64,000 bases of DNA, taken from Granulicella sp. GTDB lineage: Bacteria > Acidobacteriota > Terriglobia > Terriglobales > Acidobacteriaceae. Where the stretch lies: NCBI GenBank assembly GCA_027339965.1, contig DAHWNL010000015.1, positions 45,000 through 108,999 on the forward strand. The letters are read 5' to 3'. The translations under genes and the position numbers were made by a program. Of the stretch, positions 40,494 to 50,707 are shown in pieces; positions within the stretch are counted from its first letter, which is position 1; each line of letters starts with the position of its first letter. Under the pieces are notes generated by a model that was not told the origin of the DNA, ran no database searches, and worked only from the letters and a program-made list of their open reading frames with translations.

Positions 40494-41968
40494 GGAGTCA
40501 CTCCGTAGCTGCCGCCTCCGGAAGCGCCTGCGGCTCTGCTCCTGACAGGGGTTCCAGAGGCACCCCCAACCGCGCTGCGCCGGCTCGCTTTCTCACTCTT
40601 CGCCCTAGCCCCTTCGTTCGTCCGGCTGAGCGAAGCGCGATGGGCTCGGGATAACTCGGCAAAGACGCGCTCATTGGCGGCGTCAACTCCGGAGCCCGCA
40701 GCTCTCTTCTTGCCGCGTGCCTTGGCCGCCGGTCTCTGCGGAGAGGAAGGTACGGCCGGTCTCACCCTCCGCGCCAGGGGCATAGCTGCCCGGCCAGCCA
40801 CTGCCGGCCCCACACCCGCCGCAGCCTCCTGCGCCACGCCGCCTGCGGCCGCTTCCCCGCTCCCTTGCATTCCCAACACAATCTGTCCCTGATAACGCAT
40901 ATCCACGGAGGCCAGCTTTGGATAAGCTTGTCTCCACTCCGGCAGGTGCTGCTCAAACTCCTGGTACCGTTTGAGAAACTGCTCCTGCCCGAAGTGCACC
41001 AGAACATCAGACCCACCCGAAGTGATCAGAGCCCGCAGATCCTCTGCATCCGAGATATCCACCTCGCTTACGGAATCCGTCAGATGCTGTCCGGCGCCGT
41101 CCAGCGCCCTCATAAACTGAAGATACATCTGAATCTTTGCCGCCCGGTCCGCGGCAGGCTCCTGCGGCGTGACTCCTGTGAGCACGGGAAAGGAGTAGCG
41201 TGGATCCCCAGCCGCCTCCGGCGGCATGTCCAGCAGAACGCCGCTGGAGTCCACCAATCCGATCTCGGTTCCCTGGCGCACAAACGCCACCGGGACCCGT
41301 TCGACGATCTTGACTCGCAGGACGTCGGGGAGAAGACGCATCACAGTCGCATGGGCCACCCACGGCAACTGTTCCAGCGTGGTTCGCCGCTCGGTCAAGG
41401 GCACGCGAAAGATGCTCCGCTCCAGATCCGGGGCAAAGATACTCAAAACCTGGTCCCGCGAAAGGTGTTCGGCGCCCACAATCTGGACATCGTCCGAGGT
41501 CGCCAGCACAAACCGCGGGTCGCGCATCAGGTAAGCGCGCGCAGCCAGCCAGGCCATCAAGAAGGCGGCCAACAGAACAAAGGCCAGCGAGGCAAAGACA
41601 ATCCGGCCTCCGGTGCTGCGCGGCAAGCCGCGCAGCCGCACCCTCAGGCTTCCCCGTCGGGGAACATACTGCTCTTCCTCGGCGGCTCCATGGGCGGATG
41701 CCGTGGACCCCGTCCCGCACGTATCATCGCTTTCAACCCCGAGACCGCGCTGATAAGCGCCGGCGGGAGCGGGAGCGTTCCGGCTGGATGAGGGGGAGCG
41801 CTCTTCCGATGGTCTCGCCGAGATATTTCTATTCCTCCACTCCAGGCTTGGCCCTTCAGGTTCCTGACCCGCGGACGCCGGGGCAAGACTCTCCGCGGGC
41901 GCCATCAGCACCCCGGAGAGCAGCCCGGAGTCATACTCAGACCCGCGCTTGGAACCTGTCTTCCTCAT
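40490..41968 (-). CDS. ftsQ: Cell division protein FtsQ/DivIB
   Basis: TM helix, POTRA 'LEQLPWVAHATVMRLLPDVLRVKIVERVPVA', 'VDMRY'; overlaps the ftsA start. Confidence 0.88.
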   Translation of the reverse strand: MRKTGSKRGSEYDSGLLSGVLMAPAESLAPASAGQEPEGPSLEWRNRNISARPSEERSPSSSRNAPAPAGAYQRGLGVESDDTCGTGSTASAHGAAEEEQYVPRRGSLRVRLRGLPRSTGGRIVFASLAFVLLAAFLMAWLAARAYLMRDPRFVLATSDDVQIVGAEHLSRDQVLSIFAPDLERSIFRVPLTERRTTLEQLPWVAHATVMRLLPDVLRVKIVERVPVAFVRQGTEIGLVDSSGVLLDMPPEAAGDPRYSFPVLTGVTPQEPAADRAAKIQMYLQFMRALDGAGQHLTDSVSEVDISDAEDLRALITSGGSDVLVHFGQEQFLKRYQEFEQHLPEWRQAYPKLASVDMRYQGQIVLGMQGSGEAAAGGVAQEAAAGVGPAVAGRAAMPLARRVRPAVPSSPQRPAAKARGKKRAAGSGVDAANERVFAELSRAHRASLSRTNEGARAKSEKASRRSAVGGASGTPVRSRAAGASGGGSYGVTP

Positions 41969-42125
41969 CTCCGCCTGGCCCTGAGCAAGGCCGCGGAAAA
42001 TCGCCTTACTCTCCACTATAACGGGACGAAGCCACCCGGCTGCGGCCGTCCACACCGGGGTATCGCCTCAGGAACGCTCCCCTGGTGAATACGTTCTTGC
42101 TGCTTGAAACTCAGAGCAACCTGCC

Positions 42126-43223
42126 TTACCGGTTCCGCGGTCTGTCCGCATCCCGGGTCTTTACCAGATTGTCGAAGTCCAGGGATATCTGCACCAACTC
42201 CCCAGGCCTTTGCGCCTTCGGCTGCTCGCGCTGAAGCCAGGCGGGCAGGTCCACGCGCCACAACCGGGCCACGGCGCTGCCGACCCACATCGACCCCCGT
42301 AGTACATGCTTGGCCTTGAAGGGGCCTGCCAGGCGCATCTCGCTGATCCAGTGGGCAGCCGCGCTGGCCGAGCAGCCGCATTGGGTGCAGTCGGGATCGC
42401 CGCCAAAGACGCAGGGCTCAATGCGCGTGGAAAGATCGGCGGAGTAGTTTTTGGAGAGACGCGAAAAAGTGCATTGCCGCGGGGAGGCAGGCGGGTGCCG
42501 CAGGGCCTGCGCGAAGCCTTCCCCGGTGAGCAGTTTGGGATAAAGTGTGCGGAGGCGAGGCAGTTCACTGGTGACCCGCCGGCGCTGCTCGGCGGTCAAC
42601 CGCTCCTGGCTATGCTCATCGCGCTGGGGCGAGTAAAGGCTGACCCAGATGTGGCTCACCTCCGGACGCTCGCTCCAGAAGCGTACGTACTCCTCCAGAT
42701 AGCCGTCGCGCGTCAGCATCTGCGCGGTGATGGTCCAGTGAACGTTGATGCGGCGGCCGGCGATGTTCTCCAAAATGCGCTCGTAGGTTGCCGGATGCCG
42801 GCGCACGTCATGATGCTCCGGCAACCCATCGATCGAGACTGCCGCAGTGAAGTTGGGAAGGCTCATCCACTCCACGGGAATCGGGATGATGCCGCTGGTG
42901 ACCACCATGGCGTGCATGCCCCGAGCGGTAATCCAGGGCAAGATGCGGCTGAGCTCACGGTGGCGCAGCATGGGTTCGCCGCCCACCAGTGTCACGTGCA
43001 GCGGCCTGTGGCGACGGACCAGACCGAGCACGCCGCTGACCAGTGCGTCGCCGCGCTTGTCGCTCAGATCACGCAGCGTCAGCCCACCGCCCAGATGTTC
43101 CTGGCCGTACGCGTAACAGCCAGGGCAGCGCAGTGGGCACTCGCGGGTGATCTCGATGGACAGCATGGGGGTGCTGCCCGCAAGCACTCTCCCCCATGAC
43201 TTCAAAACATCCGAGGTGCGCAA
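42126..43223 (-). CDS. Radical SAM protein with C-terminal Cys cluster (twitch/SPASM-like)
   Basis: 'CPLRCPGC', 'GGEP', C-terminal 'CTF...PCVFGGDPDCTQCGC'. Confidence 0.88.
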   Translation of the reverse strand: MRTSDVLKSWGRVLAGSTPMLSIEITRECPLRCPGCYAYGQEHLGGGLTLRDLSDKRGDALVSGVLGLVRRHRPLHVTLVGGEPMLRHRELSRILPWITARGMHAMVVTSGIIPIPVEWMSLPNFTAAVSIDGLPEHHDVRRHPATYERILENIAGRRINVHWTITAQMLTRDGYLEEYVRFWSERPEVSHIWVSLYSPQRDEHSQERLTAEQRRRVTSELPRLRTLYPKLLTGEGFAQALRHPPASPRQCTFSRLSKNYSADLSTRIEPCVFGGDPDCTQCGCSASAAAHWISEMRLAGPFKAKHVLRGSMWVGSAVARLWRVDLPAWLQREQPKAQRPGELVQISLDFDNLVKTRDADRPRNR

Positions 43224-43459
43224 CCCGGAACCTCAAGGGCGCCCCGCAAACCGGCAACAACGTGCCATTCGCGGTCGCACAGCCGGCCCATTTGCCAGGC
43301 ACGGCTCCAGCGCCAGACACAGATTTGCGTTCTCGGCCCCACGATGCAAAGATCGGCTTCCGGCCGGCTACCCTCTATGATATCGCTTTTCCATCTTCGG
43401 CAGACGGGAAGATCCTGCCGCAAGCAGGTCTTCCGAACACGCTTGCTCGCTGTCCACCA

Positions 43460-44872
43460 TCAGCACTTGTGCTCATCCCCGTTTTCGTCCGGGCATCCCA
43501 TCGCACTCGGTGAAGAGTTGGGTGCGGGCGGCAGCGAGGAAAAGCTCATGTAGATGCCCTGCCTGGGCCGCAGGATCACCATCGCCCGCTCCGCAACGTC
43601 TTGTCCAGGCTCTAGATAAAGATCGTAATGGCGCAGGAGAACGCTAAGAATCATCAACATCTGGAAAATGGCATAGTTGGCCCCGATGCAGCTCCGCGGT
43701 CCCCCTCCAAAAGGCAGATGCGTAAACGGCGTCTGCTGCTTGATCTGCTCCCTGGCGAAGCGCTCCGGATTGAACTTTTCGGGACTCGGCCAGTACCGTT
43801 CTGCTCGATGGGCGCCATACACATAGACGATGACCATCGAACCGCGCGGAATCACGATATCTCCAACTCGATCCTCGGCCATCGCCATGCGGTCAATCAT
43901 CCAGAAGGGAGGATAGAGACGCAGTCCCTCCTGGATGACCTGGATGGTGTACTCCAGCCGGGCGATCTCCGCGTAACCCAGAGGCGCCGCACCCAGCACG
44001 GAGTCCAGCTCCCGCCTCACGCGCCGCAGGCAATCCGGGTGCGTGCTCAATAGATACAAAAGCCAGGAGAGGCTATTGGACGATGTTTCATGGCCGGCCA
44101 CCAGAAGCTGCATGCTCTCGCTCAGCAACATCTGGTCACTCATGCCCTGCCCATCGCTGTAGCGGGCATCCATCAGCGTCTGCAGAAGGTCGTGCCCGGG
44201 CGGCTGGCCCCGCCGCTGGCGAATGTACTCCAATAGAACGCCGTCGGCGCGCTCTCGCATCTGCTCGTGTTTGCGCAACTGGCCGGAGACCGAAAACCAG
44301 GGGTTCAGATATGGCTCGATCGTCTGGCGAACGATGAACTCCTGAATGGTGGAAATGGAGTGGCTGACCAGGCCAATGTCCTCACTCTTCAGACGAGCGC
44401 CAAAGAGCGAGCGCGCCACCATCGCAAAGGTCATCTTCATCAGGTGAGGGTGGATGTCCACCGGACCAAGACGAACCTGGCGGTCAAACTCCGGCAGAGA
44501 CTCCTGCAACGACTCCTGCATGATGCTCCCCAGCGCCTCCAACTGCTTGCGATCGAATCCCTTCTGGATCAACCGCCGCTGCGTCCGCCAAGCCTCTCCG
44601 TGGGTGGTCAGCAGACCTTTGCCCAGAAAGTGGCCCATTCGCCTGACCTGGATGTGCGACTTCTGATAGTTCTCTGCGTTGGTCTTTAGAACATGCTGCA
44701 TCACCGCAGGTTCGCGCGTCAGCAGAGCTTTCTTCATGCCCCCTAGATAGAACCAGAAGGTGTCGCCATAATGCTCCGTGTACTTTGAGAGAACGTCGAT
44801 GGGATTGCGCGCCATCGCGCGCGAGTCCAGAAGGGAGCGAAGCCGCGAGGCCCCCGGGGCGGAGGAGGGCAA
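43460..44872 (-). CDS. Cytochrome P450
   Basis: I-helix 'AGHETS', 'EGLR', 'FNPERF', heme ligand 'PFGGGPRSCIG'; AAGGAGG RBS. Confidence 0.95.
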   Translation of the reverse strand: MPSSAPGASRLRSLLDSRAMARNPIDVLSKYTEHYGDTFWFYLGGMKKALLTREPAVMQHVLKTNAENYQKSHIQVRRMGHFLGKGLLTTHGEAWRTQRRLIQKGFDRKQLEALGSIMQESLQESLPEFDRQVRLGPVDIHPHLMKMTFAMVARSLFGARLKSEDIGLVSHSISTIQEFIVRQTIEPYLNPWFSVSGQLRKHEQMRERADGVLLEYIRQRRGQPPGHDLLQTLMDARYSDGQGMSDQMLLSESMQLLVAGHETSSNSLSWLLYLLSTHPDCLRRVRRELDSVLGAAPLGYAEIARLEYTIQVIQEGLRLYPPFWMIDRMAMAEDRVGDIVIPRGSMVIVYVYGAHRAERYWPSPEKFNPERFAREQIKQQTPFTHLPFGGGPRSCIGANYAIFQMLMILSVLLRHYDLYLEPGQDVAERAMVILRPRQGIYMSFSSLPPAPNSSPSAMGCPDENGDEHKC

Positions 44873-45008
44873 ACTACACCTCCTTCAAGGGCGATTGTTT
44901 GAGAGAACCGAACCATAACCGGCCAGTGTCACAACTGAATTGGGGCGCCATAGGGAAAGATCCAGACTCCGCGAATGTCGGTTCGCGCCTTTCTTTGTTC
45001 TTCTGTCT

Positions 45009-46145
45009 TCAGTCTGCCTGGCCGAGTTGTCTCAAGAGCATCAGATGGTGACGGATGGCCCCGGCCATGGTGCGATTCTGCCGGTAGGGTATGCCAAACT
45101 CGGCGGCTGTCTGCGCGACGATGCGGGTGAGAGGAGCATAGTGGGTGTGGCAGACGTAGGAGCACAGATGGTGCGCCACATGGTGGTTCAGCCCACCCGT
45201 AAGCCAGCCCACAACCGGGTTCGACGTTGCATAGTCGGCGGTGGTGGCAAAGATGTGATAGACGCCGTTCTCAAACTCATCGCGGCTGGCGGGAAAGTGT
45301 GTGCTTGCCACCGTATGGGTGGTCTGAAAAACTAGCGCCACGCTCAGCCCGACGATCAGATGCACCAGCAGGAATGCCCCGGCCACCAACCACACTGACC
45401 GGCCCAGCACCACCACAGGCAAGATCAGCATGTAAGTGACGTAGAGCGCCTTGCCCATCAATAGGGTGGCGTACTCCCGCGCCGGATGCCGGGCTCGCCG
45501 AAGGTACTCGTGGCTAGGAAAGAAAAAGCACTCGAAGTCGCGCACAAAAACGTAATCCAGAGAGAAGACCGCGTAAAGACCCAGCGCGTAGATATGTTGA
45601 AATCGCTGCGCCCGGGTGCGCGGCTCATGCGGAGTAAAACGCAACAGTCCTCTTCCCGTCAGTGCATCGTCCTCCCCGTGGATGTTGATGCAGGAGTGAT
45701 GCCCGCGGTGGTGCAGAATGCGCCACATGTAAGAACTGATGCCGCAGAGATCAAAGACATAATTCAGTGTCTTGTTGACCCAGGGGCGGGACGAGATGGC
45801 GTTATGGTTGCTGTCGTGAGCGATATTCAGCAGCAGGAAGGTCTGGGCAAGCCCGCCTAAAACGTAGAGAGCCACAAAGGCTCCCGGTCCCATCCTGACG
45901 GCATAAATCGCGATCCAACTGCCTGCGAGCAACGCCATTCCAGCGACAATCTTGACCCACATGGTCCGGTTAGCCTTGGGAGAGATGCCCTGACTGGTAA
46001 AGTACTGTTCCAGACGCTGCCGCAAGACTTTGGGGAAAAGGGCGCGGCCCGCTGCATCGACCGGAGAGTCGCCGGCTATCGCTCGCGCCGGGTCACGGTC
46101 AACAGCTTCATCGCCGGTGCGCTCGCGAATCACCAGGTCCTCCAT
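45009..46145 (-). CDS. Membrane-bound fatty acid desaturase (start uncertain)
   Basis: His boxes 'HDSNH', 'HHRGHH', 'HHVAHH'; TM helices. Confidence 0.9.
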   Translation of the reverse strand: MEDLVIRERTGDEAVDRDPARAIAGDSPVDAAGRALFPKVLRQRLEQYFTSQGISPKANRTMWVKIVAGMALLAGSWIAIYAVRMGPGAFVALYVLGGLAQTFLLLNIAHDSNHNAISSRPWVNKTLNYVFDLCGISSYMWRILHHRGHHSCINIHGEDDALTGRGLLRFTPHEPRTRAQRFQHIYALGLYAVFSLDYVFVRDFECFFFPSHEYLRRARHPAREYATLLMGKALYVTYMLILPVVVLGRSVWLVAGAFLLVHLIVGLSVALVFQTTHTVASTHFPASRDEFENGVYHIFATTADYATSNPVVGWLTGGLNHHVAHHLCSYVCHTHYAPLTRIVAQTAAEFGIPYRQNRTMAGAIRHHLMLLRQLGQAD

Positions 46146-46416
46146 CTCCTCCGCGGTTATGGGTACTGTCTGCACGCAGGACGTCACAGTCCCCTCGCAA
46201 CCCCAACTTGCTCCAAATTCCATCCGGCCTCCCCGCAAGATCGGCGAACAGGGTGCGGACAGGGCAGATTATAACCCCGCAGTCCAAGTTTGCGACGGTA
46301 GCGCAGCGCCCGCGCTCCAAGCAAGACCGGAGTCGCAAGCCTCGGTAGATCCTCACCCGGCGGAGAGATGGCCGTGAGCAGACAAGGCAGGCATGACGGA
46401 GCGTTCATCTTGAGCT

Positions 46417-46506
46417 GGAAATCCTGAACTGGAAATCTTTGGACGGGCAATCCTGGCCCCGCAATCCTGGCCCCGCAATCCTGGACCCGCAGTCCTGGAC
46501 CCGCAA
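46417..46506. repeat. 14-bp tandem repeat (GCAATCCTGGMCCC): 4 good copies plus 2 degenerate
   Basis: Read directly in the divergent intergenic region. Confidence 0.85.
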
Positions 46507-47127
46507 ACATGATGGGCAATTGCGCTCTGCTATCCTTGGCCAATGGCTCGTGCTGTCACCATGAAATGGCTCATTTCCTTGCCACTCCGCTGCTGTGCCG
46601 CGTCGGCTCGCCCAGCTCTCGCGCTCTCTTGTCGCGACGGCTGCGGGCTCTGGCCATGGAAATCACGCGCGTGCAATATACTGGAGACTTCAGCGCTCAA
46701 CCGTTGATCTTTAAGACCCAATTCCGAGCCCGAAAAGAAGCAGGACCTGCCCCAAAGGTGGAGCGGAGATCGAGAGTTCAGGTATCTTTTTCCATCAAAG
46801 AAGGGCATGCCCCCGCGCCGCGCTTGAACAGATACGGTCGGTAAGTTGCTTCGCGGGCACAGCCACAGACAAACAGAATGGGCTGGCAGAGAGAAGGTCA
46901 CTGAGTGGTTGCGCGAGAGTTCCCACTCCAGCCTTACCCTGACAAGAGGCACCGATCATTGAGAATCCGGAGTTTGGCCGCCCGGATTCATTCTGCAACA
47001 TGGGCTGTTGTACGGCTGGGCAGAGGCTAGGACTCTGGCTCTTTCCATGCCCAGGGAGATGTCTTGGACACCAGCGCCAGATGCTGATCGCTATCAACCC
47101 AACACGGGAGGTCGTCACGGACCGATT

Positions 47128-50100
47128 ATGACGTCGATTTTGGACACGCTGGACCGACTGGGAGCCGAGCACCCGCACAAACGTCTCTACTCTTACCTTG
47201 ACCCGCACGGAAAGACGCTGGAGAGCTACACGTATGCGTCCTTCCTCCGCCGCACCAGGGCCATTGCGGAGCACCTGCTGAAGGACGGCCGCTTTGCCCC
47301 GGAGCAACGGCTGCTGCTGGCCTACCCGCCGGGGCTGGAGATGATCTGCGCCTTCTTCGGCTGCGTACGCGCCGGACTGGTTCCGGTGCCGGTGTACCCA
47401 CCCAGCTCGCGCGGCTTCCAGAGCGCCCTTTACAAGATGGTCCACATCGCCAAGGACTGCCAGGCCGCCGGAGTGCTGACCAACGAAGAGTACTACGCAT
47501 CGCTCAAGACCAACCTGGCCAGAAGCGGCGTCTGCGCCTCGGGAGTGGACGTCGATTTCATCTCCGGCCTGGCCTGGATCCCAACCGAAGGGTTTGTCGA
47601 ACCGATCCGCGCAGAGTTCTCCGCCGCGGCTTCGCGGACCCTTTTTCTGCAATATACCTCGGGCTCGACCATGGACCCCAAAGGAGTGGTGGTCTCCCAC
47701 GAGAACATCCTCCATACCAGTCCGCTGGTCATCGATCATCCGGATCCCGTGGTGGTCTCTTGGCTGCCGCAGTATCACGATATGGGCTTGATCGGCTGTT
47801 ACCTGTATCCGGCGCTGCAAGGCGGCACGGTCTACGGCTTCTCGGCTACCGACTTCATCCAGCGCCCCATCCTCTGGTTTGAGACCATTACTCGCTATCG
47901 CGCCACAGCATCGGCCGCACCCAACTTCGCCTACGACTACTGTCTGCGCGCCGGCCGTCTCTCCAAAGAAAGCCTTGCAGAGTGCGATCTGAGCTCACTG
48001 AAGATTCTCATGTGCGCTGCCGAGCCGGTGAAGCCGGAGACCTTTACTCGCTTCCTGGAGACCTTTGAGCCTTTCGGATTGAAGGCGACGAGCTTCTACG
48101 CCGCATACGGCCTGGCGGAGAACACGCTGGCTGTCTCCCTGGACGGCCGCTCCATCCTCTCGGTACAAAAGCACGCGCTGGCGCTGGGCAAGGCGCGGAT
48201 GACCACCGAGGTCTCCGAGATCGAAGCCTCGGTCCAGGTGGTCAGTTGTGGAACTCCGCTGCCCGGCATCCAGGTGAGGGTCGTCGACCCGGAGCGCCAC
48301 GTTGCGCTGGAGCCAGGACAGATTGGCGAGATCTGGATTGCGGGCCAGGGCAAGTGCCAGGGCTACTGGAACAACCCCGAGCTCACGTTGAAGCAGTTTC
48401 ACGCGCGACTGGTGGACGACAGCCCCTTTGACGATGGGTATCTGCGCACCGGCGATATGGGCTTCTTCCATCGTGGCGAACTCTTCGTCTGCGGCCGGAT
48501 CAAGGACATGATCATTCTGCGCGGCCAGAACTACTACCCGCAGGATATTGAACGCATCGTGGAGCGAACCTCAAGCCTTCTGCGCGCCCATTGCGTCGCT
48601 GCTTTCCAGATCCACGAAGCCAGCGAGCCGGCGCTGGCCATTGTGGCCGAGGTGAAGAACCCCAGTGTGCTTCCCGATGCGCGCAAGATCGCCACCGAGG
48701 TCCGCAACTACCTGAACGTGGAGGTGGCGCTGATCTGCTTCATTGCGCCCCGCGCCATTCCCCGAACCAGCTCGGGCAAGATCATGCGCCACAAGACCAA
48801 GCAGATGTGGCTTGACGGCCAGTTCAAGGTTCTCTCCGAGTTCTCCCGCGAGAAAGACTCCGGCGCCGCTGCGGCGGCCACTACGGCGCGCTCCTCCTTT
48901 GACGCCATGAAAGCGCGTTACAACCTGACCGGCATGGAGCCCTACAACCTGGTGGAAGCCGGACTGGATTCGCTCGACCTGGTGGTCTTCATGCATGAGC
49001 TGAAGGAATTGCTCAAGGACAAAGGTGCTGAGATCCTCGCCCGCCAGATCGATGTTGGCGTGATTCAGCGCGTCAGCGTGGCCGAGATCTTCCTGCTGGC
49101 CGAGCAGTTGGAGAGCGCTCCCGAGGAGGCTTTGCTGCATCTGCGCCAATCCCTAGCCACCTTCCGCGAAGAGCAGCAGGCAGCCGAACGAACCCTCATG
49201 CTCCAGGACAGCAAGCTCGCCTTCTCGCCCCGCACTCCCGCGCCGCTGCCCGAAGTTGTCATCCCGGAACATGTGCTGCTCACCGGCGGCACCGGATTCA
49301 TCGGCCCGTTTTTGATGAGGAGCTTGCTGGAGCAAACCCATGCGCGGATCTGCGTGCTGGTGCGCGCCGCTGACGAAGAGCAGGGCCGGCAACGGCTGCG
49401 CGCGGCCATGGAGTCGATGGGCCCATGTTCCTCGGCGCTGATGCGTAGCTTCGAAAGGCGCGTGACGCCTCTCTGCGGCGACCTGGGTCATCGCAACCTG
49501 GGCCTGAGCGACGAGACGTGGAACCGGTTGGCCAAGGAGGCCGACACCATCTTCCATAACGGCGCCACCGTGAACTACCTGTTCAACTACGACCGTATGC
49601 GCGAAGCCAACGTGATGGGCACGAACGAGGTTCTGCGTCTGGCCTTCGCTGGGCGCCCCAAGGAGTTCAATTACGTCTCCACCACCTTCGTCTTCGGCTG
49701 GGCGGTAAAGAAGGTTCTGCGGGAGACCGATCACAACCAGGATATGGAGTTGCTCGACTTCGGCTACAGCCAAACCAAGTGGGTCGCCGAACAGGTAGTG
49801 GCCGACGCCCGCAGCAAGGGCCTTTCCACCCGCATCTTCCGCCCCGCGCTGGTCAGCCCTTCGGTCTCCGGCGGCGGCAACAACTTCGATATTGCGGTGC
49901 GCCTGGTCGCCTTCATGATCAATCACGGAATCGGCGTCGATGCTCTCAACCAGGTGAGCTTTGTTCCGGCGGACATTGTGGCCGACAATATCGTGGCCAT
50001 CGCCACCACACCCGGCACGGCGAACCAGACCTACCACGTCACCCGCGACGATTACTCCAACATGCTCGACATCACCGGCCTGATCACCCGATCCACCGGA

Positions 50101-50400
50101 CGGCAGTTCGAGATCTTCAGCCTGCGCGATTTTGTGCCGGAGCTGATCCGGCGCTGCCGCAAGGAGGATCTGCTCTTCCCGTTGCTAGACTTCCTGGTGG
50201 GCTCGGTGGAGAACATCTCCGCGATGGAGTTCAAGCGTTACGACAGCTCGGCTTATCAGGCTGCCCGCGACGCCTCTGTCTGCGGAAGGCCGGATCCATC
50301 CCTGGAAGAGACGGTGAATGGCATTCTGAAGTTCATGCACCGCAAGGGCATCATCTCGGTGGCTCCGCACGAGGTGAACGAGCCCATCGAAGTGGCGTAG
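47128..50400 (+). CDS. Fatty acyl-AMP ligase - carrier protein - thioester reductase (FAAL-T-R) multidomain enzyme
   Basis: FAAL: 'FLQYTSGST..PKGV', 'SWLPQYHDMGLIG', 'PNFAYD', 'YGLAE', 'RTGDMG', 'PRTSSGK'; carrier 'GLDSL'; R domain 'LLTGGTGFIG', 'HNGATVN', 'YVST', 'GYSQTK', 'RP'. Confidence 0.9.
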   Translation: MTSILDTLDRLGAEHPHKRLYSYLDPHGKTLESYTYASFLRRTRAIAEHLLKDGRFAPEQRLLLAYPPGLEMICAFFGCVRAGLVPVPVYPPSSRGFQSALYKMVHIAKDCQAAGVLTNEEYYASLKTNLARSGVCASGVDVDFISGLAWIPTEGFVEPIRAEFSAAASRTLFLQYTSGSTMDPKGVVVSHENILHTSPLVIDHPDPVVVSWLPQYHDMGLIGCYLYPALQGGTVYGFSATDFIQRPILWFETITRYRATASAAPNFAYDYCLRAGRLSKESLAECDLSSLKILMCAAEPVKPETFTRFLETFEPFGLKATSFYAAYGLAENTLAVSLDGRSILSVQKHALALGKARMTTEVSEIEASVQVVSCGTPLPGIQVRVVDPERHVALEPGQIGEIWIAGQGKCQGYWNNPELTLKQFHARLVDDSPFDDGYLRTGDMGFFHRGELFVCGRIKDMIILRGQNYYPQDIERIVERTSSLLRAHCVAAFQIHEASEPALAIVAEVKNPSVLPDARKIATEVRNYLNVEVALICFIAPRAIPRTSSGKIMRHKTKQMWLDGQFKVLSEFSREKDSGAAAAATTARSSFDAMKARYNLTGMEPYNLVEAGLDSLDLVVFMHELKELLKDKGAEILARQIDVGVIQRVSVAEIFLLAEQLESAPEEALLHLRQSLATFREEQQAAERTLMLQDSKLAFSPRTPAPLPEVVIPEHVLLTGGTGFIGPFLMRSLLEQTHARICVLVRAADEEQGRQRLRAAMESMGPCSSALMRSFERRVTPLCGDLGHRNLGLSDETWNRLAKEADTIFHNGATVNYLFNYDRMREANVMGTNEVLRLAFAGRPKEFNYVSTTFVFGWAVKKVLRETDHNQDMELLDFGYSQTKWVAEQVVADARSKGLSTRIFRPALVSPSVSGGGNNFDIAVRLVAFMINHGIGVDALNQVSFVPADIVADNIVAIATTPGTANQTYHVTRDDYSNMLDITGLITRSTGRQFEIFSLRDFVPELIRRCRKEDLLFPLLDFLVGSVENISAMEFKRYDSSAYQAARDASVCGRPDPSLEETVNGILKFMHRKGIISVAPHEVNEPIEVA

Positions 50401-50502
50401 GAGCGCCAGGAACGCTCTTGGAAGCGAGGCAGCCACGCCAGGCCGCCGCCAACGCCTTGCGTCTTCACCAGCCGCGGCACCCGCCGGCGAAGACGCGCTG
50501 GC

Positions 50503-50612
50503 TAAAGCAGTTTCAGTGCAGGTGTACCCAATGCCTCGACTTCTATGGGCGTTTTCCCCAATGAAAACGCCACTGTAAGCCCTCTTCGGGACACCCATCA
50601 ACACTGAAAATG
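50503..50612. repeat. Dispersed ~110-bp structured repeat, copy 2
   Basis: Matches 32209-32319; inner hairpin GGCGTTTTC-cccaat-GAAAACGCC. Confidence 0.85.
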
Positions 50613-50707
50613 CCATAAAGCAGCGCTTGACTCGCGGGGTTTTTCATCGGCGTTCGGGCCGGATCCGGCACAGCGGCTCTCGCCTCGTGATCAAGGGGGG
50701 CCGTAAT

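Noticed and set aside
32209..50612. The two 110-bp repeats as boundaries of one mobile island
   Set aside because: They enclose core genes (ftsQAZ, tsaE, nnr), are only ~85% identical, and no recombinase is present.
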